A DNA stretch of 64,000 nucleotides, from positions 1 through 64,000 of the forward strand of contig CAVXWP010000008.1 in assembly GCA_963765495.1 (NCBI GenBank), in the 5' to 3' direction. The position numbers were made by a program, and so were the translations under genes. How positions within the stretch are numbered: the first letter of the stretch is position 1; every line of letters starts with the position of its first letter. Below, one piece after another: positions 11,601 through 18,092 of this stretch. The DNA is from Blastocatellia bacterium (GTDB taxonomy: Bacteria; Acidobacteriota; Blastocatellia; UBA7656). The notes under the pieces were generated by a model. The model had not been told where the DNA came from. It did not search any database and was given only the letters and a program-made list of their open reading frames with translations.

Positions 11601-11617
11601 CAATGCGTCTGCACTGA
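2639..11617 (+). CDS. Giant secreted multidomain protein: SBBP propeller with two inserted BNR/VPS10-like propellers, two carboxypeptidase-regulatory-like domains, parallel beta-helix, Ig-like linker, C25 (gingipain/PorU-like) cysteine peptidase
   Basis: N-terminal hydrophobic segment; PLSFEGNEGQ/IIDPVL; AYVTG repeats; xKSTxGGxxW repeats; GNxIGTD repeats; YLLLVGD, VGRLPV, YIGHG, MMTCLNG, LLGDP. Confidence 0.9.
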   Translation: MIYQIARRRKSVNLNPGLSARTLSRAALLTLLAVSIFLSTYLMRSSLASGPVSAPSPTKAEIADRYGKLPLSFEGNEGQTDPEVKFISHGPGYDLFLTATGAVLTLRQPHSQADQFEPPTPIGERTNNQLPNVSVLKLKMIGAAPQAHARGEEPLPGKINYLIGNDPQKWHVNIPTYRKVYYTEIYPKIDLVYYGNRTELEYDFVVAPGGDLQAIRFQVEETDRMTLDEAGDLHLGVKQSEVTLRKPVIYQLTDQGDRREVKGDYVIKGKEVRFKTGAFDAHKPLIIDPVLSYSTMVGGASDEYANGIAVDSSGNAYITGSNTSGGFPTTLGAFQTNSSFYGNAFVTKLDPTGSSLVYSTYLNGSGFTRGNALAVDSSGYAYVTGRTNASDFPTLNPFRSSTTNFYKSTDSGGHWNSQVIGAPDGVVNALAVDPLASNTMYAGMALTGAGGIYKTTDGGNTWTALNTGLANANCGTIVINPTTTTTLYATLSANGSSSTGLYKSTDGGSSWAILTNGLSGVNLISLAIDPSSPTTVYAGGSFDGVYKSTNGGASWTKYTSGLTYGGPRAIVVDPVTPQTVYGCAGGGGVFKSTNGGSSWAQVNTGLTTTSVQTLNIDPTSKVYAGTSGGGVFKSTNGGASWTAVNNGITGYIQVSSLAISASASSTVYLGMADGRIYKTVDAGNNWTKVYETLTRTNFSALAIRPGSSATVYAGAYITGGMLNDYEAFVTKLKTDGSGLIYSTYLGGSGDDFANSIAVDSSGNALVVGQTASSSFPTINAFQSTLSGANDAFVTKFNTTGDALLYSTFLGGSGSLDIAYGVAADSSGNAYVTGTTTSANFPTLNAFQPIIGDTFNGDAFVTKLSSGGALTYSTFLGGPDADIGWGIAVNSTGNAHVTGQAGSNFPQVNPIQATSVGYDTFVTKLNNSGSGLIYSTYIGGSGNEVGRGIAVDSAGNAYVTGYTNSADFPVLPGALRTKSPFFRTTNGGGDWNNDNYGLKGDIVTTLALDPVNPLTIYAGTRNGVYKSTDDGQSWGTINTGLVQPSINVLVVNPKTPSTIYLGVRFTDFNNSRGVYKSTNGGNTWTAANTGLNPFAVSSIAIDPVTPSNLYVGGDVSGIYKSTDSGASWTLQGSQTLSFINSIVVDPATPTTVYAAGIFSSGGVFKSTNAGVSWQRVTNGLPEGSVSSLAIDPITPTILYASTNQGIFKTINGAASWTLLNAGMSGLIIIDPVTPTTLYLSSSEGVFKSTDGGVNFAPANNGLRYLNVWSLVINPKTPTKIYVGVNVSLLDDDAFVVKLNPAGTALLYSTLLGGSPASGDSLNMNDEGNAIAVDSVGNAYVAGQTRSPDFPVTPNAYQPFNRGFTDAFVSKLTMSYIISGHVYEGNDAPVSGAIVILSDGVSLSSVVTESDGAYQFVRLREGGNFTVSASKPNFTMTPASQSFSDLHSNQTVNFIATPTQTPFYSVSGHVTNNSAALADVTVTLSGSQQGITTTDGNGAFSFTLAGGGNYTLTPSLLGFTFTPPGRTFNNLSANQTADFAATRQNFIVTNTNDHGPGTLRQAIMDANATAGLDMIVFNIPGAGVHTIDLLLALPDITDPVVIDATTQPGYAGAPLVELNGASINAGVGFRISAGGSTIRGFIINRFNSGLGIYLNGGSSNVIQGNYIGLDQEGILGRGNQNGIAIYNSTNNLIGGTTPEARNIISGNGFDGIEVNGSGNQIQGNFIGTDVRGNAAVPNGSTGIEIINYSGVPPSTNNIIGGTVQGAGNLISGNPRGITCTSATMVQGNLIGTDKNGTAAIGNGTGISASGPDILIGGTLPGARNIISGNDLGVQISGMQSRVQGNFIGTDITGTVALGNTAGGVDASAYALVGGTTPEARNIISANGSWGNVTLGFNDGGGEMATVQGNYIGTDVTGKIALANPGSGIAVFSDNNLIGGTTPGSGNVISGNGVGIQIGGSTSATLTGNLVQGNLIGLNAPGDAALPNRLDGVALSNASNNSVGSESTGGNTIAFNGRNGIIVWSGTGNLLLGNSIFSNSALGIDLAPLGVTANDPGDADAGANDLQNFPVLTSANASGANTTIQGTLNSTPGQSFRIELFSNASCNASGNGEGQVFLGFTNVATDGAGNTSFSLQVPTSSLVGPSITATATNLSTSATSEFSPCFNANPTAVTLVSFNATAYGKGVFIEWRTGLEVSNLGFRLFRDQGGKLESLTPQLIAGSALKAGADLQSGESYAWWDEASDEGATYWLEDIDLAEQSTWWGPFYAKADPGAAPSRAKAVALASLGQSSSATEATRLVEPVLAVPRSSAAQLSAQTSLAGLTALKINIKREGWYRISFSEMAASGFNAASDSRLWQLFAEGQEVPLLVTTSGSKDNGSDSASSIEFYGIGLDTSTTDTRTYWLVSGNQPGRRIKLTESSGSPAAATSFMQTVERHDRTIYFAGLHNGETENFFGAVVTTESVEQAVETRRLDMSASEQVTIEARLQGVTLLPHRVSVQLNDSPLGESVFSGQQQGVLRVEVAASMLREGSNSIRLTSTGGAGDVSLVDRIRITYPHRFRADDNQLTLTVTDGQRVQIDGFTSAAIRAFDVTNEKSPREIVGQISGGKGGYQISVGATGSGPHRLLVTSAERLSHPASLAMNLPSALRTPRHEADLLILTRSDLFDALQPLLRLREAQGLKVEVADIEDVFDEFSYGERSPQAVREMLAYALSQWARAPRYLLLVGDASYDPRDYLGYGSNDLVPTRLIDTNYLETASDDWLADFDGDGISDIAVGRLPVRTSEELTAVVAKLLRYEQTGTPAAALLVSDRNEEYDFEAASVNLRGLLSGLRIGELRRGQLEPEAARKALYTALSSGQRLVNYIGHGSASVWRGNLLTDKDALALNNPHLPVFVMMTCLNGYFAEPGFDSLAEALVKAPDGGAIAAWASTGVTLPETQAAIDQAFFRLLLQSGLRSARGLTLGEAARQAKAATGDMNVRRTWVLLGDPSMRLH

Positions 11618-12170
11618 AGGAAGTTGAAGGCCAGATGTGATTTACGTGAGCTCGACCTCACTCCGCTATCCCTATAGCGTTTTGCAAATGGATGCAGCTT
11701 GAAGGAACAACCCGAATGAATACATTTTATTGTGGTTGCCCGGATCGCCCGAGATGGCCTGAGATGTGCTTCGCACACGGCGGGCGATGAGTGCCCTCGC
11801 GCTTACGACGGATTCGGGCAGGGACAAGCCCGCGCCGTGCGAAGCACCGTTTGCGCCAATCGCCCCACAGCTACACGCAATTGCAAACAGCTATAATGCC
11901 CTGTCCACGGTTCTGAAAAATTCTTTTCCTATTCGATCGCTTCAGCCATCTATAATCTCCAGAGTCTCCTGCGAATCGCGCTACCGATAGCCGCTGCCAT
12001 CGGGTAAACTGGACCAGCCGTCGGCTCTGGCGGTACGATGGTCGGTTTACGCTCGCCGCCTTGCGTCCCGGAGCCGGACATAAAATGCGCCTCAAATTGG
12101 TAGAATACGGGTAGAAGTTCCTTGCCGTTAAAGCGGTCAGGCATGTCGGTCAAGCTTTATTTGGAGGCTT

Positions 12171-12740
12171 ATGTCATCTGATTCACCACACAACATAACG
12201 CAATTGCTGATCGCCTGGAATAATGGGGACCGGTCAGCGCTCGAACAGTTAGTCCCGATGGTGCACGCAGAGTTGTACAGGCTGGCCAGGCGCTACATGG
12301 GACGGGAGCGGGCAGGGCACCTGCTTCAACCGACAGCGCTGGTCAACGAAGCTTACATGAGATTGATAGATTGGAAGAATGTCGAGTGGAAAAACCGGGC
12401 GCATTTTTTCGGGGTTTCGGCGCAACTGATGCGGCGCATCCTGGTTGATTTCGCACGCCAGCGCCCGCGCTTCGCAGGCGAAACCGCGGCTCAGGTTACG
12501 CTCGACGATGACCTCCCGGGCGGCATGGGAAAGAACACTGACCTGATCGCTCTGGATGACGCACTCTCGAGCCTCGCGAAGATGGACGAGCGCAAAAGTC
12601 GGATTGTAGAGTTCCGCTTCTTCGGCGGGTTGAGCAATGAGGAGATTGCCGAGGTGCTCGAAATATCGACCATCACGGTGATTCGCGAATGGAACAAAGC
12701 GAAGGCATGGCTTTACCGCGAACTGAGCCGCCAGCCATGA
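12171..12740 (+). CDS. ECF sigma factor, TIGR02999/ECF43-like (kinase-associated)
   Basis: [45 protein letters not shown]; GGAGG RBS. Confidence 0.93.
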   Translation: MSSDSPHNITQLLIAWNNGDRSALEQLVPMVHAELYRLARRYMGRERAGHLLQPTALVNEAYMRLIDWKNVEWKNRAHFFGVSAQLMRRILVDFARQRPRFAGETAAQVTLDDDLPGGMGKNTDLIALDDALSSLAKMDERKSRIVEFRFFGGLSNEEIAEVLEISTITVIREWNKAKAWLYRELSRQP

Positions 12741-12759
12741 TCGCCTTATCCCTCCTTTT

Positions 12760-12995
12760 ATGGACGCTGAACGTTGGGCCAGAATAGCCCGTTTGCTTGA
12801 GCAGGCGATGGATTGTCCGCCGGAGATGCGCGCCGACTTCCTTGCCGCAAACTGCGCTGGCGATGACGAATTGCGGCGCGAAGTCGAATCTCTGCTCGAA
12901 GCTCACTCGCACTCTGAATCCTTTCTCAGCACTCCGGCCTTCTACACCCTCGCCAGACACATGGCCACGGAGAGAGGGCCTTCGCTGGTCGGGAA
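12760..12995 (+). pseudogene. N-terminal fragment of an ECF-associated Ser/Thr protein kinase, truncated before the kinase domain
   Basis: MDAERW...RADFL...CAGDDELRREVESLL leader, then unrelated sequence instead of the Gly-rich loop. Confidence 0.8.
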
Positions 12996-13103
12996 AAGAC
13001 CGCGAGCTTCTTCCTCTACTTTTGCCCTCGAATTTCCTGGAAATCAGCCTGAAAAGTCCGAGGTTGTTCAGGTTAAAATTTTACTGAGCCATCGACGAGC
13101 AGG

Positions 13104-13724
13104 ACATTTACTCCCAAAAGAATACGGCGATTGGAATGCTGTTTATAAACGCTTCGCGCGTTGGGCTAAAGCCGGTGTCTTCGAGCAATTGCACCAGTTT
13201 TTCGCCGGTGATCCAGATTTAGAGCACTTGCTAATTGTGTTATTCGTGCTCATCCCTGTGCCGCAGGGGCATTAAAAAAAGGCGGTCAACAAGCACAAAC
13301 CTTAGGCCGGAGTCGTGGTGGATTTTCAACCAAAATTCATATTGCAGTAGACGGGCTTGGCAATCCATTGCGACTGATTTTAACAGCTGGGCAGTGCCAC
13401 GATAGCCCACAATCCGAGGTGTTAATAGATGGTTACAGCATAGAAACGCTGATAGCTGACAAAGGCTACGACGATGCCAAGTTGATCAAATTGGTCGAGG
13501 CCAGAGGCGCACAGGCAGTGATACCGCCTCGGTCAAAACGAAAACAGCAACGAGACTACGACAAACATCTGTACAAGGAGCGACACCTCGTAGAGTGCTT
13601 CATCAATAAGATCAAACACTATCGCAGAGTGTTCAAGCGGTTTGAGAAGTTGTCAAAGACCTACTTGGGCTTTCTGAGTTTTGTCAGTGCCCTCATTTGG
13701 CTAGGATGAAATGTCAACAGAACC
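13104..13724 (+). mobile_element. IS5-family element, 5'-truncated and degenerate
   Basis: Transposase remnant followed by ATGTCAACAGAACC|TAG right end. Confidence 0.8.
13110..13709 (+). pseudogene. IS5-family transposase pseudogene
   Basis: LPKEYGDWNAVYKRFARW, frame break at the IDS motif near 13235, then GRSRGGFSTKIH, ADKGYD, YKERHLVECFINKIK. Confidence 0.85.
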
Positions 13725-13727
13725 TAG

Positions 13728-13793
13728 GAAGCGATTTTTCTCCACATTGGATTCGTGACTTACTTTCATAGACATTTCGGCGAAGTCGATTGA
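13728..13793 (+). pseudogene. 3' stub of a probable gene-cassette ORF cut by IS5
   Basis: Open frame EAIFLHIGFVTYFHRHFGEVD-stop ending 2 nt before a GCCTAAC attC core. Confidence 0.45.
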
Positions 13794-13804
13794 GGGCCTA
13801 ACTG

Positions 13805-15288
13805 CAATACCTGTCAAATAAGCCACGAGACGGCATTTATGGCATACTTTCGAGTTGATAGAAACGAAAGTTGTCAAGGAGCCGCCTCGCTTGAGTTACA
13901 AAATACGCCATATTACCGATGAACGAAAGTTCTGTGATCATCTCTCTATTGATGCCATCTCTGATGCCGTCTCTATTGAATTAATCCAAGAGGTTCTTGA
14001 TCTCCACAATGCCTCTCACAAACGACATCGCAAACTCACTATGAGCGCTGTCGTGCTCATTATCATCGCTATGAATCTGTTTTCACATTTCTCTATTGGA
14101 CATGTCGTGCGGAGAGTCTTTCAGGGTTTGCGTTTCATCTGGCCTGATCCTGACTTTCCTCCTCCTAAACACAATGCAATATCTTATCGTCGTTACCAGT
14201 TGGGGCCTCGTCCTTTAGTCTCATTGTTTCATCGTGTTGCACAACCTATGGCAACAGATGAAACTCGTGGCGCTTTTGCATTTGGACTGCGATTAATGGC
14301 CCTTGACGGCTCTATTGAAGAAGCCCCGGACACTCCGGAAAATGATGCTGCTTTTGGGCGGTTGGCTTCTGATCGCGGGAAGTGTTGCTTCGTGCAAATT
14401 CAGGCTGTCTACCTTGTAGAATGTGGCACTCATGCCATTATTGATGCAGGATTTTGGCCTGCAAAAAGCAGTGAACGAGTTGGAGGTTTTCGCCTGCTAA
14501 GAAGCCTGGGAAAAGGGATGCTTTTGATGTGGGATAGAGGCTTTCACTCCTATGATATGGTAGTTGCGACACTTGAGCGAGGGTCTCAATGTCTTGGTAG
14601 ATTGCCTGACAATGTGAAACCGGAACACCTTTGCACGCTAGAAGATGGAACGTGGTTAGGCTATATCAGACCAACACAAAAAGGACGGCGAAATAAAGAA
14701 GACAAACAGTTGGTTCGGATAATCTCTTACACTTTTACAGACCCGACCCAAGCAGGATACCAGAAGAGATACCGCATAGTCACAACACTATTGGATGAAA
14801 GGAAGTATCCGGCCAAAGAGTTGGTGTGTTTGTATCACGAGCGATGGGAAATCGAGATAGTCATAGATGAGATAGATACACATCAACGACTAGCAGGAAG
14901 GCCATTGAGAAGCCTAAAACCAGAGGGAGTCATACAAGAGTTATACGCATTATTGATAGCGCATTATGCAGTAAGAAAACTGATACACGAAGCAGCAAAT
15001 GAGGCAGAAGTAGACCCGGATCGGATAAGTTTTGTAGGAGCATTGAGGATAATCCAAGAAGCAATACCAGAATTCCAAATGGTAGAAAAGGAGCAAAAGG
15101 AGCAATTATACAAGAGGCTATTGAGAGATATAGGAGAGCAAAGGTTACCAGAAAGGCGAGCCAGATCGAATCCGCGAGTAGTGAAGAGAAAGATGAGTGG
15201 GTTCAATCTGAAGCGACCACAGCATTACAACTGGCCCAAGCCACAGCTACGATTTTGTGATGCTATTTTGCTTATTTGACAGGTATTG
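13805..15288 (+). mobile_element. Complete IS4-family element with 19-bp terminal inverted repeats and 10-bp target duplication
   Basis: CAATACCTGTCAAATAAGC (13805-13823) and GCTTATTTGACAGGTATTG (15270-15288); GGCCTAACTG at 13795-13804 and 15289-15298. Confidence 0.95.
13855..15279 (+). CDS. IS4-family DDE transposase (start codon uncertain)
   Basis: LMALDGS, LLMWDRGF, LYHERWEIE, LRSLKPEGVIQELY. Confidence 0.93.
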   Translation: MIETKVVKEPPRLSYKIRHITDERKFCDHLSIDAISDAVSIELIQEVLDLHNASHKRHRKLTMSAVVLIIIAMNLFSHFSIGHVVRRVFQGLRFIWPDPDFPPPKHNAISYRRYQLGPRPLVSLFHRVAQPMATDETRGAFAFGLRLMALDGSIEEAPDTPENDAAFGRLASDRGKCCFVQIQAVYLVECGTHAIIDAGFWPAKSSERVGGFRLLRSLGKGMLLMWDRGFHSYDMVVATLERGSQCLGRLPDNVKPEHLCTLEDGTWLGYIRPTQKGRRNKEDKQLVRIISYTFTDPTQAGYQKRYRIVTTLLDERKYPAKELVCLYHERWEIEIVIDEIDTHQRLAGRPLRSLKPEGVIQELYALLIAHYAVRKLIHEAANEAEVDPDRISFVGALRIIQEAIPEFQMVEKEQKEQLYKRLLRDIGEQRLPERRARSNPRVVKRKMSGFNLKRPQHYNWPKPQLRFCDAILLI

Positions 15289-15289
15289 G

Positions 15290-15374
15290 GCCTAACTGCT
15301 CATTCCAGCGGACGCGCTTTCCACCGTCTCGTGTTCCACAAGCTACCGGCGCGCCGCTGAACTCGTCGTTAGGC
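15290..15374 (+). other. Integron attC recombination site
   Basis: R'' GCCTAAC, 5-nt spacer, L'' ATTCCAGC with extrahelical base, GC stem, L' GCTGAAC, 5-nt spacer, R' GTTAGGC. Confidence 0.85.
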
Positions 15375-15591
15375 TTCCGCGTAAACCACCAGAACATTGG
15401 TATTAATAAACCGAAGCAATTCAGATTTTTTCAGCCGAATTCGCCAACCCCAATTGATTATCTGGACTATTCTACGTAGAGTCATTGCTCTTTAGGATGC
15501 ATATGTGGAGGTTAGGCGCTAATCCTTTGTACGCTTGTTATTCGCTTGCGGTGGAGGTAAAATCTGAACTCTCGAAGCCTTAAATTGGGAG

Positions 15592-16908
15592 ATGTATATG
15601 ACCCAACAAAGAAAGCCCTTTAGGCTTACCTTAACCATGCGTCACTGCATTAGTTTCTTATTCATGCTCCTGCTTCCGATTTTGGTAGCGGCGCAGATGA
15701 AGAAGGTCGCCGAGATAGACGCTTATGTCAAACCCTTGGTGAGAGTCAATCAATTTTCGGGCGTTATCTTGGCATCCTACAAAGGCAAGGTCATTTACGA
15801 AAAAGCCTTCGGCTTAGCCCAAGCGGAACTTGGCGTGCCGAACCGGGCCGACACCGTTTTCGGCATCGCTTCCGTAACAAAGCCCATGACAATGACCATT
15901 GCCTTGCGCCTGATTGAAGAAGGTAAGTTAGGGCGGCAAGATAAGCTGAGCAAGTGGCTGCCTGACTTTCCAAAAGGAGATCAGATTACTGTTGAGATGT
16001 TGATGCTTCACCGTTCGGGCATCCCCCACCGGGGCACCAACCCCGAAGAAGAATCCTTGCGCTATTCGGCAGCCGACATGGTCGCAAAAGCCAAGCAGGT
16101 GCTGTTTGACTTCCAGCCCGGTGAACGCGAGGGGTATAGCTCGTTGGGCTATTCCGTGCTCGCGAGAGTTTTAGAACTTGCTTCAGGTAAAAGTTTTGCG
16201 CAGCTCTTGCGGGAATACGTCTTCAACCCCGCGGGAATGAAGGACAGCACGGAGTTCAAGGGCGAAACGATACTGCCGCGCCGGGCGCAGGAGTATTTTT
16301 TGGAGCCGTTGGGCTGGGTTCACGCCCCACTCAAAGATTATTCGTTCCTGGTCGGGGCGGGTTCGGTCTTCAGCACGGCACATGATGTTTTTAGATTCGG
16401 AGAGTCAGTTACCAACGGAACATACGGCGCGAGTGTGAAAAAAGAACTGACTGATGAAACTGGGTTTGGAGAAAACGGCGTCAGTAACGGCTTCCGTTGT
16501 TATGTTGACACGGAAAAAGATTTTGGCTTCGTCGTCATCTCCAACTTACAATCCGGAGCCAATGATTTACTCGTGCGCGATTTACCCCGTATTTTGCAAG
16601 ACAAGCCTGTTACTCCTCCCGTTCCTCCCAATTTCAATTTCATCAAGCTTTCTAGAGAGCAGATGAAGGAATATGTGGCCGATTATAAATTCCCTAAATT
16701 CACAAACACGGTAATTCTCACAGATGACCAGTTAATTTCCGGCGACTACAAAATCTATCCCATTGGTAAGGACCGTTTCTTTCGTCTTGCCGATTATGCC
16801 ACGCTTACTTTTGTCCGTAATGCGGACGGCACAATCAAAGGCCTGGAGTGGGACGGTATAAGGGGCGGCAAAGTAGCCGGGATTGGTCAACGACAAAAAG
16901 GCTCTTGA
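15592..16908 (+). CDS. Secreted serine hydrolase, beta-lactamase/AmpC-like family, probable gene cassette
   Basis: Signal peptide, FGIASVTK (SxxK), HRSGI, YSSLGY; lies between attC cores. Confidence 0.9.
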   Translation: MYMTQQRKPFRLTLTMRHCISFLFMLLLPILVAAQMKKVAEIDAYVKPLVRVNQFSGVILASYKGKVIYEKAFGLAQAELGVPNRADTVFGIASVTKPMTMTIALRLIEEGKLGRQDKLSKWLPDFPKGDQITVEMLMLHRSGIPHRGTNPEEESLRYSAADMVAKAKQVLFDFQPGEREGYSSLGYSVLARVLELASGKSFAQLLREYVFNPAGMKDSTEFKGETILPRRAQEYFLEPLGWVHAPLKDYSFLVGAGSVFSTAHDVFRFGESVTNGTYGASVKKELTDETGFGENGVSNGFRCYVDTEKDFGFVVISNLQSGANDLLVRDLPRILQDKPVTPPVPPNFNFIKLSREQMKEYVADYKFPKFTNTVILTDDQLISGDYKIYPIGKDRFFRLADYATLTFVRNADGTIKGLEWDGIRGGKVAGIGQRQKGS

Positions 16909-16946
16909 TTGGAATCAAAAGGCACAGGCGCATGATCGGAGGCCGC

Positions 16947-16956
16947 GCCTAACAAC
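16947..16956 (+). other. Truncated attC (R'' half GCCTAACAAC)
   Basis: GCCTAAC 38 nt after the hydrolase stop, cut a few nt later by the IS701-like left end. Confidence 0.55.
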
Positions 16957-16962
16957 TTAAGA

Positions 16963-18083
16963 ACTGATGTTACGCGGTAAAGAGGGCCGATGTTAAACTT
17001 GACAAATGAACAAGTCACTTTTGGATCTCTACACCGATTACTTGATTAGCTCTTTTGGGCCGACTACAGCCACTGGGCTTTCTCAGTTGTTGGACGGAGA
17101 AGTTAGCCATGATCAGGTGACCAGATTTCTTGCTTCTCCGGCCAAATCCTCCGCCCAGTTGTGGCGAATTGTTAAACCCATGATTCGTCAAGTCGAAAAC
17201 GACGATGGTGTGATGATCCTTGATGACAGCATCGAGGAGAAACCCTACACAGACGAAAATGATCTCATTTGCTGGCATTGGGATCACTCTAAACAACGTA
17301 ATGTTAAAGGAATAAACTTCCTGACGGCTTTCTACTCTACCGAAGAGATCGGCTTGCCTGTAGGCTTCGATCTGGTGACTAAGACCGAACTCTACATTGA
17401 CTCAAAGTCTGGAAAACAGAAACGTCGTAGCCACCTGACAAAGAATGAGCGGTATCGAATGCTGTTACAAATAGTTGTGCATAACCAGCTCAAGTTTCGC
17501 TATGTCCTAAACGACTCGTGGTATTCATCAGCCGACAACATGAACTTCATCCATCTCGACTTAAAGAAGGACTTTGTGATGCCGGTGAAAGCAAATCGCA
17601 AACTAGCCTTGAGTGAAGAAGATAAACAAGCAGGTCAGTACAAGGCAGTCTCGACGCTCTCGTTGCCAGAAGGCGAAACCCAAATGGTTTGGCTAGAAGA
17701 GGTGAACTTTCCATTGCTACTGGCCAAAGAAGTCTTCACAAACGAAGACGGCAGTCAGGGTGTGCTCAATCTAGTAACGAGCGATTTGGCGCTCAGTTAT
17801 GACCAGATGACCTCACTCTACCAAAGACGGTTCAAGATAGAGGGTTATCATAAATCACTCAAGCAGAACGCAGGGTTGGAGAAAAGCCCAACCCGCACCG
17901 AGACAACGCAGAGGAATCATTTCTTTGCGAGTCTATGCGCATACATCAAGCTTGAAGGACTGAAGATCAAGACCGGCATCAACCATTTTGCATTGAAGTC
18001 AAAGATCTATATGTCTGCCTTGCAGACGGCTTATAGAGAACTTGTCAAGCTAAATCCGCAGTCTCTTATTGCGTAACATCAGT
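16963..18083 (+). mobile_element. IS701-like insertion sequence
   Basis: 13-bp inverted repeats ACTGATGTTACGC / GCGTAACATCAGT around a transposase; no matching target duplication. Confidence 0.85.
17006..18076 (+). CDS. IS701-like DDE transposase
   Basis: SHDQVTRFL, ILDDSIEEKP, VLNDSWY, YQRRFKIEGYHKSLKQ. Confidence 0.9.
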   Translation: MNKSLLDLYTDYLISSFGPTTATGLSQLLDGEVSHDQVTRFLASPAKSSAQLWRIVKPMIRQVENDDGVMILDDSIEEKPYTDENDLICWHWDHSKQRNVKGINFLTAFYSTEEIGLPVGFDLVTKTELYIDSKSGKQKRRSHLTKNERYRMLLQIVVHNQLKFRYVLNDSWYSSADNMNFIHLDLKKDFVMPVKANRKLALSEEDKQAGQYKAVSTLSLPEGETQMVWLEEVNFPLLLAKEVFTNEDGSQGVLNLVTSDLALSYDQMTSLYQRRFKIEGYHKSLKQNAGLEKSPTRTETTQRNHFFASLCAYIKLEGLKIKTGINHFALKSKIYMSALQTAYRELVKLNPQSLIA

Positions 18084-18092
18084 GAATAATCT

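Noticed and set aside
12760-13275. 171-aa kinase-transposase fusion ORF
   Set aside because: Chance in-frame join of three unrelated fragments
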